The translations under genes and the position numbers were made by a program. Below the pieces are notes generated by a model that made no database searches, was not told the origin of the DNA, and saw only the letters and a program-made list of their open reading frames with translations. DNA of 64,000 nt, taken from the NCBI GenBank assembly GCA_965261755.1, contig OZ253473.1:225175-289174 (forward strand). The letters run 5' to 3'. This DNA comes from Nitrospirales bacterium (GTDB lineage Bacteria; Nitrospirota; Nitrospiria; Nitrospirales; UBA8639). Shown here in pieces: positions 47,931 to 58,043 of this stretch (positions within the stretch are counted from its first letter, which is position 1; each line of letters opens with the position of its first letter).

Positions 47931-48770
47931 CTAGAATCCGTACATGAGCCCGATGCCGATGTCATGTCCGCTGATTCCGACGTCAAACTCGGCGCCCGTC
48001 ACGTCCCCTTTGAAGGTCGGGGACTGGGTATCGAAATAACGCCAGTCCAGGCTAACGGTGACCGAACGGCCCTCCGGCAAGGGAAACTCGTAGCCGATAC
48101 CTGCACCCACCTGATAAGCGAAAACGGTATCTCTGTCGTCGACGAGCGACCTGCCCTCCGCCGTCTCCGTATCGAGGGAAATAATAGCGAGCCCGAGTCC
48201 ACCACCAACATAGGGTTTCCACGGTGACCCCATATCAAAATCATAGTCCACATTGGCCATGAAGGCGAGCATCGAAAAAGCGCCGGCGACGGGCCGTGAT
48301 TCCGTAACAGCAGCTGCGGCTTGCGCTTGTCCTTGGGGAGGGAGATGAGCATATGTTGTCATAGTGGGATCAGGGTATGGTGGGGAACCACCTCCAGCGA
48401 TGGCAGCGGCGTTTATTCCTTGAGCTACGCGTGGAGCAGCGAGTTCCACGAGAGTGCCCGGGCTTTTGACGTCCATTGCGTCTGTATTGTGCTTGCGGTA
48501 GTCGATCTCGGCCTCCACGCGCAAGCCGCTGGAAAAGGCGTACCCGGCCATACCTCTCACGGCAAACCCGTTGTCGGTGGTCGCGTTGATGCTGAGCGGA
48601 GTATACGGCTTATTGGCGGGAGCCGTGACTGCGGAATCGTTTAGAATACTGAGGCTGCCCCCGATCCCCACGTAAGGCCCATCGGCAGCCTGGGCACTCG
48701 TGCCGAAAGAGACGAGCATCACTGCGAGTAAGGCCAGCACGCCTTTCGTCGCCTTCGAAAAACGCCGCAT
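47931..48770 (-). CDS. Outer-membrane beta-barrel protein (OmpA-like barrel / OMP_b-brl)
   Basis: Signal peptide MRRFSKATKGVLALLAVMLVSFGTSAQA, alternating beta-strand pattern and a terminal GLMYGF. ATG 48770 is preferred over 48881. Confidence 0.7.
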   Translation of the reverse strand: MRRFSKATKGVLALLAVMLVSFGTSAQAADGPYVGIGGSLSILNDSAVTAPANKPYTPLSINATTDNGFAVRGMAGYAFSSGLRVEAEIDYRKHNTDAMDVKSPGTLVELAAPRVAQGINAAAIAGGGSPPYPDPTMTTYAHLPPQGQAQAAAAVTESRPVAGAFSMLAFMANVDYDFDMGSPWKPYVGGGLGLAIISLDTETAEGRSLVDDRDTVFAYQVGAGIGYEFPLPEGRSVTVSLDWRYFDTQSPTFKGDVTGAEFDVGISGHDIGIGLMYGF

Positions 48771-48930
48771 ACCGGGCAGCAACGCCGGTTCGTGGGAAAC
48801 GACTGTCAATGCATTATCAGTGCGCATTGCTTTTCCCTCCTCGCCGAAAATCTGTGGGACAGGCTTCACCAGTGACGTCATCGGAAGTTCTGCTCAACAT
48901 ACTTATTTGCCATGCTATAGTCAATAGGGA

Positions 48931-50595
48931 ATGAGCACGTCTCACACCATCGGATCCCTGGTTCTGGATCGCCTGCACCAGCTTGGGCTGAAGCATATTT
49001 TCGGCATCCCGGGTGACTACGTCCTCTCGCTTTTTCAACTGATCGAAGAGTCGCCCATCAAGCACGTCGGGACCACCCGGGAAGATTGCGCCGGGTTTGC
49101 GGCGGATGCCTATGCGCGGATCCATGGCATAGGCGGGGCCTGCGTCACCTATTGCGTCGGCGGGCTGAATATCGTCAATGCCATTGCGTGCGCGTATGCG
49201 GAGCGGTCGCCGGTCGTGCTGCTGTCGGGTTCGCCGGGACTGAAGGAACGCCTGACCACGCCCTTTCTCCATCACATGGTTCGGGATTTTTTCACCCAAC
49301 GCGACGTGTTTGACAAAGTCACCGTGGCATCCGTGATCCTTGACGATCCTCTCACGGCCGAACGGGAGATCGATCGCGCCCTGACCGCTTTACTGAAATA
49401 CAAACGGCCGATCTATTTGGAAATTCCCCGGGACATGGTCTTCGCCCCCGTCCGGGTTTCTTCCCCCACGCCTGTTACAACGACCGGTGAAAGCGATCCC
49501 ATCGCATTAAAGGAAGCCGTCGCCGAAGTGCGTGGCATTCTTTCGGGCTCGGAACGGCCGGTGATTCTGGCCGGCGCGGAAATTTACCGGTTCGGACTCC
49601 AGAACGAACTCACGGCGTTGGTGGAACGCATGGGCGTCCCCGTGGCCACGACGTTGCTCGGCAAATCGGTCATTCGGGAGGATCATCCCTTGTACATCGG
49701 CGTGTACGGCGGTCTTGTGGGTCGCGACGAAATCCTGGAATTTGTGGACCAGGCCGATTGCCTGCTGACGTTGGGCTCGCTCCTGACCGACGTTGAAGAC
49801 GTCACGGTCCATCCCACGCTCTTAGCCGCCGGACGGACGATCCATGCCACGGCCGATTCGATTGCCATCAAGCACCATTGCTACGAAGGCGTTCGATTCG
49901 AGGACTTCATCCGGGCGCTTTCGACGGCCCCGCTGCCCTCGTTTCTGCCTCGCCCCCTCCCCACTCGGGATCGCGACACATTTGAAGCCCCGTCGCCGGA
50001 CGTGCCCGTCACCCTTCACAACATGTTCGGATACCTGGACGGGCTGCTGAACGAGCGCACATTGGTGATTGCCGACGTGGGTGAATCGCTCTTCGCCTCC
50101 GCGGACCTGCACGTGCGGAAAGGCGCCGAATTTCTTTCTCCGGCCTACTATACCTCCATGGGATTCAGCGTCCCCGCCGCGCTTGGCGCAGGGTTCGCCG
50201 ACCCGTCCCTGAGACCCCTGGTCCTGGTCGGCGACGGCGCGTTTCAGATGACCGGAACCGAACTCTCGACCTGTCTCCGGCACCGGCAAACACCCATTAT
50301 CATCATTCTCAACAACCGCGGCTATGCGACTGAACGAGAAATTTTAGAAGGTCCGTTTAACGACGTTCACGAATGGCAGTATGACAAAATCTGCTCGTTA
50401 CTCGGCGGCGGCATCGGTCACCGGGTCGAGACGTTCGGGGCCTTTGTGCAGGTCCTGGATTCGGCCATGGCGGATTCCGAACACCTGCACGTCCTCAACG
50501 TGATCCTCGACCCCAAGGACCGCTCCACCGCCATGACCCGGGTGGCACGGCGATTAGCCAAACGCCTGTCTCAGCAAAGCCCAGAGCGTTCTTGA
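48931..50595 (+). CDS. Thiamine-diphosphate-dependent alpha-keto-acid decarboxylase (indolepyruvate/phenylpyruvate decarboxylase family)
   Basis: N-terminal TPP_enzyme_N pattern (IFGIPGDY, GGACVTYCVGGLN) and the TPP-binding GDGAFQMT...NNRGY. Confidence 0.8.
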   Translation: MSTSHTIGSLVLDRLHQLGLKHIFGIPGDYVLSLFQLIEESPIKHVGTTREDCAGFAADAYARIHGIGGACVTYCVGGLNIVNAIACAYAERSPVVLLSGSPGLKERLTTPFLHHMVRDFFTQRDVFDKVTVASVILDDPLTAEREIDRALTALLKYKRPIYLEIPRDMVFAPVRVSSPTPVTTTGESDPIALKEAVAEVRGILSGSERPVILAGAEIYRFGLQNELTALVERMGVPVATTLLGKSVIREDHPLYIGVYGGLVGRDEILEFVDQADCLLTLGSLLTDVEDVTVHPTLLAAGRTIHATADSIAIKHHCYEGVRFEDFIRALSTAPLPSFLPRPLPTRDRDTFEAPSPDVPVTLHNMFGYLDGLLNERTLVIADVGESLFASADLHVRKGAEFLSPAYYTSMGFSVPAALGAGFADPSLRPLVLVGDGAFQMTGTELSTCLRHRQTPIIIILNNRGYATEREILEGPFNDVHEWQYDKICSLLGGGIGHRVETFGAFVQVLDSAMADSEHLHVLNVILDPKDRSTAMTRVARRLAKRLSQQSPERS

Positions 50596-50633
50596 CCCTA
50601 TCCCTCCCGTTCCCTTACTCTTTGACGAACACC

Positions 50634-50878
50634 CCTGGATTCCCGATTACGACTGCGGGAAGGGGACAGGAGGGGGGAAAGGTTTTCCTCGACGGTTGGA
50701 ATGCCTCCTCTTCTGTCATTCTCGCGGCACGGGTATCAAGTGGGGTGGCTCTCGCAACGCGGGAATCCATCCCCCACGCGTTTTGTGCCTGATGAAACAA
50801 CAGACGGAAGAAACCTGGATTCCTATAGATCGCCTGGATCCCCGATCAAGTCGGGGACAAGCGTCGGGAATGACAGGA
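50634..50878. repeat. Cluster of REP-like hairpin units (CTGGAT[TC]CC-stem-loop-...GGGAATGACAG and GTCATTCTCGCG types)
   Basis: Read directly: CCTGGATTCCCGattacgactGCGGGAA, TGTCATTCTCGCG...CGCGGGAATCC and CCTGGATCCCCGAtcaagTCGGGGAcaagcgTCGGGAATGACAGG. Related units occur at 9311-9340, 59692-59776 and 60398-60441. Confidence 0.7.
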
Positions 50879-50913
50879 GGGGGAAAGGTCGTCACGACAC
50901 GAGAGGTCCGTTC

Positions 50914-51570
50914 ATGAAAGCGCAGCTCCATCAATTCAATGCCAAGAAATTCTCTTTTCGGAAAGACCCGGTGCTGGTGCTGGAAAATTTTTGGACCGAC
51001 AAGGAAATGGAAACCTTTCGGGCGGCGATGACGCATTCGACCTGGACGGGCCTGCTGAACATGCCGGCGGTGTCCCGGGCCTTCCCCGATTCAGGCAATT
51101 GGCTGAAGGCTGAAATCGGTTCTCGCGAGCGGCAACTCTTTCTCGACAAATTGTCACTGCCTTGCATCGCGGAGTATATGGAATCTTTTCCCAACATCAG
51201 GCAACGGCACGTGAATTTTAATTACTATTCCTATGGCGCCGGAGACTGTCTGCCGACGCATGATGACACGGATGAAGCCTACGCCGCCAACCGTCACCGC
51301 CCACCGCCTCTCCGGCGGCTGGCCCTGGTGACCTACGTCCATTCCGAATGGAACACCGATTGGGGCGGGGAACTCATCATCTATCATGCCAAGAAGGACC
51401 CGCGCGGGAACCGCGTCCTGGAAGTGGCACAATGCATCGCCCCGCAACCGGGATCGCTCGCCCTCTTTGCCGTGCCCCGGTTCCATCGCGTGTGCCGGGT
51501 GGATACGATGGCGGGTGACCACAAACGGCTTTCGATCGCCGGTTGGTTCATGACCGAACAGTACGACTGA
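50914..51570 (+). CDS. 2OG-Fe(II) oxygenase (prolyl-hydroxylase-like)
   Basis: CLPTHDDTDE (HxD), WGGELIIY and RLSIAGWF (the distal His/Arg region) fit the 2OG-FeII_Oxy fold. ATG 50914 is preferred because the upstream track extension runs through the repeat cluster. Confidence 0.65.
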   Translation: MKAQLHQFNAKKFSFRKDPVLVLENFWTDKEMETFRAAMTHSTWTGLLNMPAVSRAFPDSGNWLKAEIGSRERQLFLDKLSLPCIAEYMESFPNIRQRHVNFNYYSYGAGDCLPTHDDTDEAYAANRHRPPPLRRLALVTYVHSEWNTDWGGELIIYHAKKDPRGNRVLEVAQCIAPQPGSLALFAVPRFHRVCRVDTMAGDHKRLSIAGWFMTEQYD

Positions 51571-51637
51571 CGCAGATCGCGTTTTTCCTTGGGTCCTGCT
51601 CATCATCACGGCAGTCACGTTTCTCCCAGCCCCACCC

Positions 51638-52636
51638 ATGCACGCCATCACCACCATTGATTGTCACGTTGCCGGCGAAGCGCTTCGCGTGGTGACGGCG
51701 GGATTTCCCGAGCCTTCCGGTTCGACCATCCTGGAAAAACGCGAGTATTGCCGGACACACCTGGATCATCTTCGTACGGCGCTCATGTGGGAACCGCGAG
51801 GCCATCACGAGATGTACGGGTGCCTGTTGGTCACTCCCGCACACCCACAAGCTGATACCGGAGTGCTGTTTTTTCATAATGAAGGCTACAGCACGATGTG
51901 CGGGCACGGGATCATCGGGCTCGTGACGGTCATGCTGGAACAGGGATTGTTTCCTGCTTCCGTCCCGACCACCACAATCCGATTCGACACCCCCAGCGGT
52001 TTGGTGACGGCACGGGCCTCCCTCAATGCAGGCAAGGTTCGAAACGTCGCGTTTCTCAACGTGCCCTCCTTTGTCCTTGACGTGGAGCAGACGGTCCGGG
52101 TTCCGGGCATCGGTTCGGTTAACTATGATGTCGCCTTCGGCGGGGCGTTCTATGCCTTTTGCCAAGCGGAAGCGCTGGACCTCTCCCTCGAACCCAAACA
52201 CGCGCGACGACTCCAAGCTCTGGGCCTCGCCATCAAACAGGCCATCATGGCCGAACGCACCATTTCCCACCCAACGGAGCCAGAACTTGGCTACCTCTAT
52301 GGCACGATCTTTGTCGGCCCTTCTCGCACGCCCGAAGGGGACCTGCGGCAGACGGCCATCTTTGCCAATGGCGCATTGGATCGATCGCCAACGGGAACCG
52401 GAGTCAGCGCACACTTGGCGCTCCTCCACGCCAAAAGGACCCTGCGGGTGGGACAATCCTTACGGTTTGAAAGCATTTTGGGAACGCTGTTCGGAGGGAA
52501 AATCGTGGAGGAGACGCAACTGGGCCCGTACCCGGCGATTATTCCGGAAGTCGAAGGCCACGCCTGCCTCACGGGCCGTCACGAATTCATGATCGATCCG
52601 GACGACCCATTAAAAGACGGGTTTTTATTGGGTTAG
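51638..52636 (+). CDS. Proline racemase superfamily enzyme, Cys/Thr type (predicted trans-3-hydroxy-L-proline dehydratase)
   Basis: IDCHVAGEALRVV, the first catalytic site STMCGHG, and the second site LDRSPTGTG with Thr where racemases/epimerases carry Cys. Confidence 0.7.
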   Translation: MHAITTIDCHVAGEALRVVTAGFPEPSGSTILEKREYCRTHLDHLRTALMWEPRGHHEMYGCLLVTPAHPQADTGVLFFHNEGYSTMCGHGIIGLVTVMLEQGLFPASVPTTTIRFDTPSGLVTARASLNAGKVRNVAFLNVPSFVLDVEQTVRVPGIGSVNYDVAFGGAFYAFCQAEALDLSLEPKHARRLQALGLAIKQAIMAERTISHPTEPELGYLYGTIFVGPSRTPEGDLRQTAIFANGALDRSPTGTGVSAHLALLHAKRTLRVGQSLRFESILGTLFGGKIVEETQLGPYPAIIPEVEGHACLTGRHEFMIDPDDPLKDGFLLG

Positions 52637-52734
52637 GATTTCCAGAGCGTCAGAGGCGATAAACCTTGACTGCACAGGACAGGCGTTCACTCAATGAGCA
52701 ACGGTCGGGTTTGCCAAAGCATGCGAGGTAGGCT

Positions 52735-53067
52735 TTACCCTAATTCAAGAAAAGCTGCCTCCGTATTGCTCTCGAAATCATGAAGTTCAGAATGATGATT
52801 TTGAAGGAGGGCCACGACATCCATAGTGGTGCCATTCCCGCGTTGAATCCAAATCACTTTAGGGGGAGATCCTAATACAAAACTCATTTGGTGGAAATCC
52901 GCATCTTTGGATACAATGACAAATCCGTGGGTTTTGGCATAGGACCAGACAGCGTCATCGTCAGCTTGCGCCAGACCAATTTCCCGGACATGAGTGGATC
53001 CAGGAAACAGGGTCGCAAGGAGACCGACAAGACGCGGTGAGAGATTTTCGTCAAAGAGGAGCTTCAC
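52735..53067 (-). CDS. DUF5615 (PIN-like) putative toxin
   Basis: MKLLFDENLSPRLV...FVIVSKDADF. It overlaps the DUF433 gene by 4 nt. Confidence 0.7.
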   Translation of the reverse strand: MKLLFDENLSPRLVGLLATLFPGSTHVREIGLAQADDDAVWSYAKTHGFVIVSKDADFHQMSFVLGSPPKVIWIQRGNGTTMDVVALLQNHHSELHDFESNTEAAFLELG

Positions 53068-53291
53068 TCGGGAGGCACCGACACGAATTTCCGTTCTCGG
53101 TCGGCAGCAAAGGCCAGGCAGGCCTTGATATCTTCAGGCTCCAGATCAGGAAAATCGGCGAGAATTTCTTGCTCAGTCATGCCGGCAGCAAGATATTCGA
53201 GTATGTCATAGACGGTGATCCGGAAGCCTCGAATACAAGGTTTCCCCCCTCGTTTTCCAGGTTCCATCGTGATGCGTTCGCGATAAGACAT
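53064..53291 (-). CDS. DUF433 putative antitoxin
   Basis: PGKRGGKPCIRGFRITVYDILEYLAAGMTEQEILADFPDLEPEDIKACLAFA is the canonical DUF433 sequence. ATG 53291. Confidence 0.75.
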   Translation of the reverse strand: MSYRERITMEPGKRGGKPCIRGFRITVYDILEYLAAGMTEQEILADFPDLEPEDIKACLAFAADRERKFVSVPPE

Positions 53292-53347
53292 GGTTTTCAG
53301 TTTACAAGGGCCATTCTTTTGGGTCAACGATGGATGATTACGTGCGC

Positions 53348-53875
53348 TTACGAGAAGGCTGTTTCGTTCTTCATCTTGAGACAAACCGCCTGAAGGCCGA
53401 TGATGGTCTTGGCATCTTGGATGGTGCCATCCTCGATACGATCCATGGCTTGGGCAAGCGGCATTTCAATGATCTCCAGGACTTCATCCGCACCCAGGTT
53501 TTGCGTGCCCGGGGAGAGGTCTCTCCCCACAAAAATGTGGATGATTTCATTGGTAAAGCCCGGCGTGGTGAAAAAACTCAGGATCGGCTCCAACCGCCCG
53601 ACCTTGTAACCGGTCTCTTCTTCCATTTCCCGAGCCGCGCAAGCACTGGGGTCTTCGCCGGGATGCAGCTTGCCCGCGGGGATTTCATAGATGAAGCTTC
53701 CGACGGCATGACGATATTGCCGGACCATGACTACCGTCCGGTCGTCTTTCATCGGCACGACGGCCGCAGCCCCGGGATGGGTGATGACCTCAAGGTCGGC
53801 CGTGGCCCCGTTCGGCAGGGTCACCGTCTCCACGGACAGATCGATAATTTTCCCTTTATAGATCAGCTTCTTCAT
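53348..53875 (-). CDS. NUDIX hydrolase (ADP-ribose pyrophosphatase-like)
   Basis: Nudix box GKLHPGEDPSACAAREMEEETGY. Confidence 0.85.
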   Translation of the reverse strand: MKKLIYKGKIIDLSVETVTLPNGATADLEVITHPGAAAVVPMKDDRTVVMVRQYRHAVGSFIYEIPAGKLHPGEDPSACAAREMEEETGYKVGRLEPILSFFTTPGFTNEIIHIFVGRDLSPGTQNLGADEVLEIIEMPLAQAMDRIEDGTIQDAKTIIGLQAVCLKMKNETAFS

Positions 53876-53918
53876 CGTGAACCATGCCCTGCATGCATGG
53901 AACGAACGGGGTTCTCAC

Positions 53919-55028
53919 TCATGCCGGCGGCTTGGGCTTTTTATAAAAGGGAAGGGCGACCACTCGTGCGGGCACTCGCTTGCCTCGAATCTCGACGTCG
54001 AGCGCCGTGCCGGACGTGGTATAGGCGGGGTCCACGTACCCCATGCCAATGCCTTTTTGCAGAATGGGAGACAGGTTCCCGCTGGTCACCGTTCCGATCG
54101 GTTTGTCCTGAGCAAACAATTTCATATCGTGACGGGGCACGGCTTTTTCCAATAATTCGAATGCCACCAGGCGTTGTGACGGTCCCTGTTCGACTTGTTG
54201 TTTGAGGACAGTCTCGCCGATGAAGGCGCCCTTGGCAAAACTCACTGCCCATTTGACGTTGGCCTCGATAGGGGTGATCGATTCGGTCAGGTCATTGCCG
54301 TACAACAAATACCCCATGTCGAGCCGCAACAGATCCCGTGCGCCCAACCCGGCGGGCTTCAGGCCAAACTCCTCTCCGGACTGCATCAGTCGATCCCACA
54401 CGTGGCGAACCCGCGTCGCCGGCACGTATAATTCATACCCGAGTTCTCCGGTATAGCCGGTTCGCGTAATCAGACAATCGGCGCCACCCACCGTCTCTCG
54501 CAGACATTGTCGCGGCTTCAGCCCATCGAGTGATGCTTCCACGTGCGCCTGCAACAGCGACTTTGAGGCAGGCCCTTGCAGAGCCAGTTGAGCCAAATCT
54601 TCCGATTGATCCACGATGCGAAGACGCCCCTGTTCTTCACTCTGCTGTTGGAAAAGCCAACTTCTGATCTTGTCGAGATTCGACGCATTCACACACAGCA
54701 GAAACTGCTCCGCACCCAACCGATACAGGAAAATATCGTCTTTGACGCCCCCGTCAGGGTTGCAAATCATCGAGTATTGGGAACCCATCGGCTCGACTCG
54801 TTGCACGTCATTCGTGGTCACTCGCTGAAGGAACGGCAACGCTCCGGGGCCCTCTACGTGAAGGCGCCCCATGTGACTCACGTCAAACAAGCCTGCCGTC
54901 GTGCGGACCGTATGATACTCATCGAGGACGCCTGAATACTGGAGGGGCATGGCCCAGCCGGCGAAATCCATGAGTTTGGCCTTCCGGGCCACGTGGGCCT
55001 CATGCAGGGAGGTCTGTTTCATATGCAA
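53919..55028 (-). CDS. gcvT: Glycine cleavage system aminomethyltransferase (T-protein)
   Basis: FAGWAMPLQY, GLFDVSHMG, TRTGYTGELGYE and ARDLLRLDMG. Confidence 0.95.
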   Translation of the reverse strand: MHMKQTSLHEAHVARKAKLMDFAGWAMPLQYSGVLDEYHTVRTTAGLFDVSHMGRLHVEGPGALPFLQRVTTNDVQRVEPMGSQYSMICNPDGGVKDDIFLYRLGAEQFLLCVNASNLDKIRSWLFQQQSEEQGRLRIVDQSEDLAQLALQGPASKSLLQAHVEASLDGLKPRQCLRETVGGADCLITRTGYTGELGYELYVPATRVRHVWDRLMQSGEEFGLKPAGLGARDLLRLDMGYLLYGNDLTESITPIEANVKWAVSFAKGAFIGETVLKQQVEQGPSQRLVAFELLEKAVPRHDMKLFAQDKPIGTVTSGNLSPILQKGIGMGYVDPAYTTSGTALDVEIRGKRVPARVVALPFYKKPKPPA

Positions 55029-55090
55029 GAGAAATCGGAAGTCGGGCAGATCGGGGCGTCATCCCGTGAAAGGGCGAACAGAACGACTCC

Positions 55091-55528
55091 TTACCGGAGA
55101 TCCATGAGTTTCACTTCAAAAATCAGCGTGGCGTTCGGGGGAATGATTCGACCCGCACCACGACTGCCGTATCCGAGATGGGACGGAATGATCAACTTGC
55201 GTTTCGTTCCGATGTTCATGCCCACGACCCCTTCATCCCAGCCTTTAATGACTCGACCGGCACCCAACCGAAAAGAAAACGGGTCCCCGCGATCCACCGA
55301 ACTATCGAACTTCGTTCCATCTTCCAGCCACCCCGTATAATGGACGATCGCGGTTTCTCCCACGTGAGCCTCCCGACCGTCGCCCGTCACCAGGTCGATG
55401 TATTGCAGTCCGGAAGACGTCTTGACGGGTTCAGGTTCTGCTCCGAGAACCGTTCCCGGCCCTTGAAGAAAGAACGATCCACTCATCATCACGACCCATA
55501 CCCATGTTCTGATGTTTTTGAACGGCAC
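55091..55528 (-). CDS. FKBP-type peptidyl-prolyl cis-trans isomerase, secreted
   Basis: [60 protein letters not shown] at 55528 gives a signal-like N-terminus. The longer track ORF would overlap the FIST gene. The start is uncertain (ATG 55489 is possible). Confidence 0.8.
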   Translation of the reverse strand: MPFKNIRTWVWVVMMSGSFFLQGPGTVLGAEPEPVKTSSGLQYIDLVTGDGREAHVGETAIVHYTGWLEDGTKFDSSVDRGDPFSFRLGAGRVIKGWDEGVVGMNIGTKRKLIIPSHLGYGSRGAGRIIPPNATLIFEVKLMDLR

Positions 55529-55643
55529 TTCCTTTCGTTCCTTTCGTTTCGCTGATGGACTCACTCCGTCGAAGCCAGTCTCCACTCCCCGATTAGATCC
55601 TCGATAGAGACCGTCGGGGACAGGGCTTGTCCCCCACAGGCCG

Positions 55644-56870
55644 TTAGCCATGTCCCGGACCTTGACCCGGGAGGGGCTCTCTCTCGGGAAACGGTTCGGC
55701 AAATAACGCCGCACTCGCGGTATACCCATGGATAAAGTTTTTCCCGCCCACCGGCCCGATTTCTCCGGCGGCAAAAAACCCCGCGACCGGAATCCCTTCG
55801 GCCTGTCGTTGGATGGCCGCAATATCATGATTCGGTTCGGCGAAGAATCGCCGGCCCCGGCCGTTACAAGTGAACAACAGGGCACCCTTGAGAGGAGAAT
55901 GCGGGTAGTCCAAGCGATCCTGGGCCAGCAATAAATTGAGATCTTCACTGGCGGCCTGCGGATCCCTCACGTGAAATTGAATCGTCTGCCCTTCCTTGAC
56001 GATATCGGAAATCGCCACACCCCCGGATTGTTGATCAGCCTCCAGCAGCCCCCGAATGAGAAAATCTCCCCGGTTGAATCGTTCGCGTTGCTCATCAAAC
56101 GCCACGCCCACCTGCACCGCCATGGCGACCTGTTTCCCCCGTTCCGGTCCCAAGCCTTGAAGCGTCTCCTGGAGACGTTCCAGGGTCGGCATCCCCCCCA
56201 ACTCATAGATAATATTTTTTTCGGCTTTGGTGACCACGTACCGCTCCCCAATGGGCTGACATCCCTGAGACACCAGGGTTCGAATCCACACCGGTCCCCA
56301 CAGCGCCACCCCAACGAGGCCTTCCTCCACGATCCTGTCGTTGAGTACCAACCGATTTTCGCCCAGATCCGTCCCTCCGCTCGCAATGCCTCCAATCGCA
56401 GGGGCACCCGGGCAGCGTTCCTCCATTTTCTCAAACACGTCCTCGATCGGCGTGGAAAAGGGATCGGCAAACACCAGAAACGTCGGCCGATCCGATAGCG
56501 ATTCCAATTCCTGCGGCCATCCCTCATGGATATAGGAGGATTGTTTTTCCTTTTCATGGAACGTCAAATGAAAAGGGACCATCCGTACCGCGGGCAACTG
56601 TGCCGCCCACAAGATCACCACCGACTTGTTTTCGTATTCCTCGGACGGCCCGATCACGCCTTCGCCCATACAGCCGACCATCACTTGTGGGGTTAACTGC
56701 CGGTGGAGCGTCTCGACCAATTCACGTGAGGCGCCCGCATAATGCGGTGAAAAAAACAGGCAGATCAAATCAGGGGAAGTCCGGCCGAACGCCTCCCGGA
56801 CGGATGTGATTAAGGCCTGAGCCGCCTGGCCTGCGCCCGATTCACGGGCTATGGCTACATGGAATTGCAT
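55644..56870 (-). CDS. FIST-domain signal-transduction protein
   Basis: FIST_N/FIST_C pattern ([51 protein letters not shown]). ATG 56870 is used because the track's TTG 57020 lies inside the MITE-like repeat. Confidence 0.75.
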   Translation of the reverse strand: MQFHVAIARESGAGQAAQALITSVREAFGRTSPDLICLFFSPHYAGASRELVETLHRQLTPQVMVGCMGEGVIGPSEEYENKSVVILWAAQLPAVRMVPFHLTFHEKEKQSSYIHEGWPQELESLSDRPTFLVFADPFSTPIEDVFEKMEERCPGAPAIGGIASGGTDLGENRLVLNDRIVEEGLVGVALWGPVWIRTLVSQGCQPIGERYVVTKAEKNIIYELGGMPTLERLQETLQGLGPERGKQVAMAVQVGVAFDEQRERFNRGDFLIRGLLEADQQSGGVAISDIVKEGQTIQFHVRDPQAASEDLNLLLAQDRLDYPHSPLKGALLFTCNGRGRRFFAEPNHDIAAIQRQAEGIPVAGFFAAGEIGPVGGKNFIHGYTASAALFAEPFPEREPLPGQGPGHG

Positions 56871-56892
56871 GGTGCATTTCACCGTATCAAAA

Positions 56893-57035
56893 GGAACCTC
56901 TGATTTCTTGTGATAGCGGGATGCAGGGCAAGGCGTCCCGCAGCGAATCCCGAGGCTTATCAAACGAGATAGGCGAGGGTTGAGCGAGGACACAACGCCG
57001 CCATGCGCCCGATAGTGCAATAAAGCAGAGGTTCC
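56893..57035 (-). repeat. Palindromic MITE-like element, copy B (inverted relative to copy A)
   Basis: The reverse complement reads GGAACCTCTGCTTTATTGCACTATCGGGCGCATGGCGGCGTTGTGTCCTCGCTCAACCCTCG...GCATCCCGCTATCACAAGAAATCAGAGGTTCC and matches 38430-38571. Confidence 0.8.
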
Positions 57036-57572
57036 AGAAGTCTAACAGCGGGTCCGCACGAATGTCCACCGGAAACGCCGGGATCGCAGGGAACAACGAT
57101 TGCTGTTCCCTCCGTCCGAAACTGACGTAGACGTGTGGTAGGGTGACGGCATCTCACGAAAAACACGATGGTCGACGAAGTATTCGACGTGAAGATCCGG
57201 AACTTGCCTTCGGACCCACAAGCTTCGACGCCGGGGCGGCACCGGATGCAGGGACGTTCCTCTTCCATCCTGACCAGACCACCGTCAAGACAAGGACGGC
57301 TCGCTGACGGTGCGGTTCAAGGCGGGCGGTATTAACGAGAGTGCTGGTACCTGATCACGTGGGGAGAAGGCGTCACAATCGAGCAGCCCGTCAAGCTCCA
57401 CCGACACCTGACCAACATCTGCGCGGCCCTCGCGGCACACCATGCCGATTGACGTTGGCCGCCTGCCCTTCAAGTGCAGGAACCGTCCTCCACTTCCATT
57501 ATGATCACATCCCCAGTCCTACAAGGAGTGGGAGGCATTGCATTGGGTCATGTCGCGGACTAGGATCATGGT

Positions 57573-57917
57573 ATGAATGAAGCGATCGCCTTTGATACCC
57601 ATAGATTTGTCAAAAATCTGACAGAAAGCGGCTTTACGGAACAACAGGCCGCGGCCCTCGCGAAGGAGCAGGTCCAACTGCTCAACAGCAACCTGGCCAC
57701 CAAGGTCGATATTCTGGCGCTCAAGGTGGACCTTGAAGCCAAGATTGAGGCGGTCAAGATGAACCTTGAGGCGAAACTTAAGACGGTCAAGCTTGGTCTT
57801 CAGCCGGACATTCAAGCCTCCAAAGTCGACCTGTTAAAATGGATGGTGGTGACTGCGATGATTGCCCAAGGCACGCTGATTGTTGCCCTGGTCGTTGCCT
57901 TCGTTAAACTGCTCTAA
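57573..57917 (+). CDS. DUF1640 (CCDC90-like) coiled-coil protein with a C-terminal TM helix
   Basis: FDTHRFVKNLTESGFTEQQAAALAKEQ, heptad-like repeats, and a TM tail MVVTAMIAQGTLIVALVVAFV. Confidence 0.7.
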   Translation: MNEAIAFDTHRFVKNLTESGFTEQQAAALAKEQVQLLNSNLATKVDILALKVDLEAKIEAVKMNLEAKLKTVKLGLQPDIQASKVDLLKWMVVTAMIAQGTLIVALVVAFVKLL

Positions 57918-58043
57918 GGTGCCGTTCCTGTAAAGATTCACTCATTCGCTGACAATTTCCGTCCCTCCCCGCAGTAGTTAGGCCCGCAGGTCCTCTTCTG
58001 TCATCCTCTGGAGAACGAGGACAATCTGAAGACAGGTAAGCTC

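Noticed and set aside
57168-57580. A possible decayed TA pair. The first is a 55-aa ORF with ..VKIRNLPSD.. reminiscent of RHH/FitA-type antitoxins. A GTG ORF (57341-57580, MLVPDHVG..) follows 5 nt later.
   Set aside because: Beyond the IRNLP motif the translations are Arg/Pro/Gly-rich with no PIN acidic residues in any single frame. The second ORF also overlaps the DUF1640 start. At best this is a heavily eroded remnant, and it cannot be supported.
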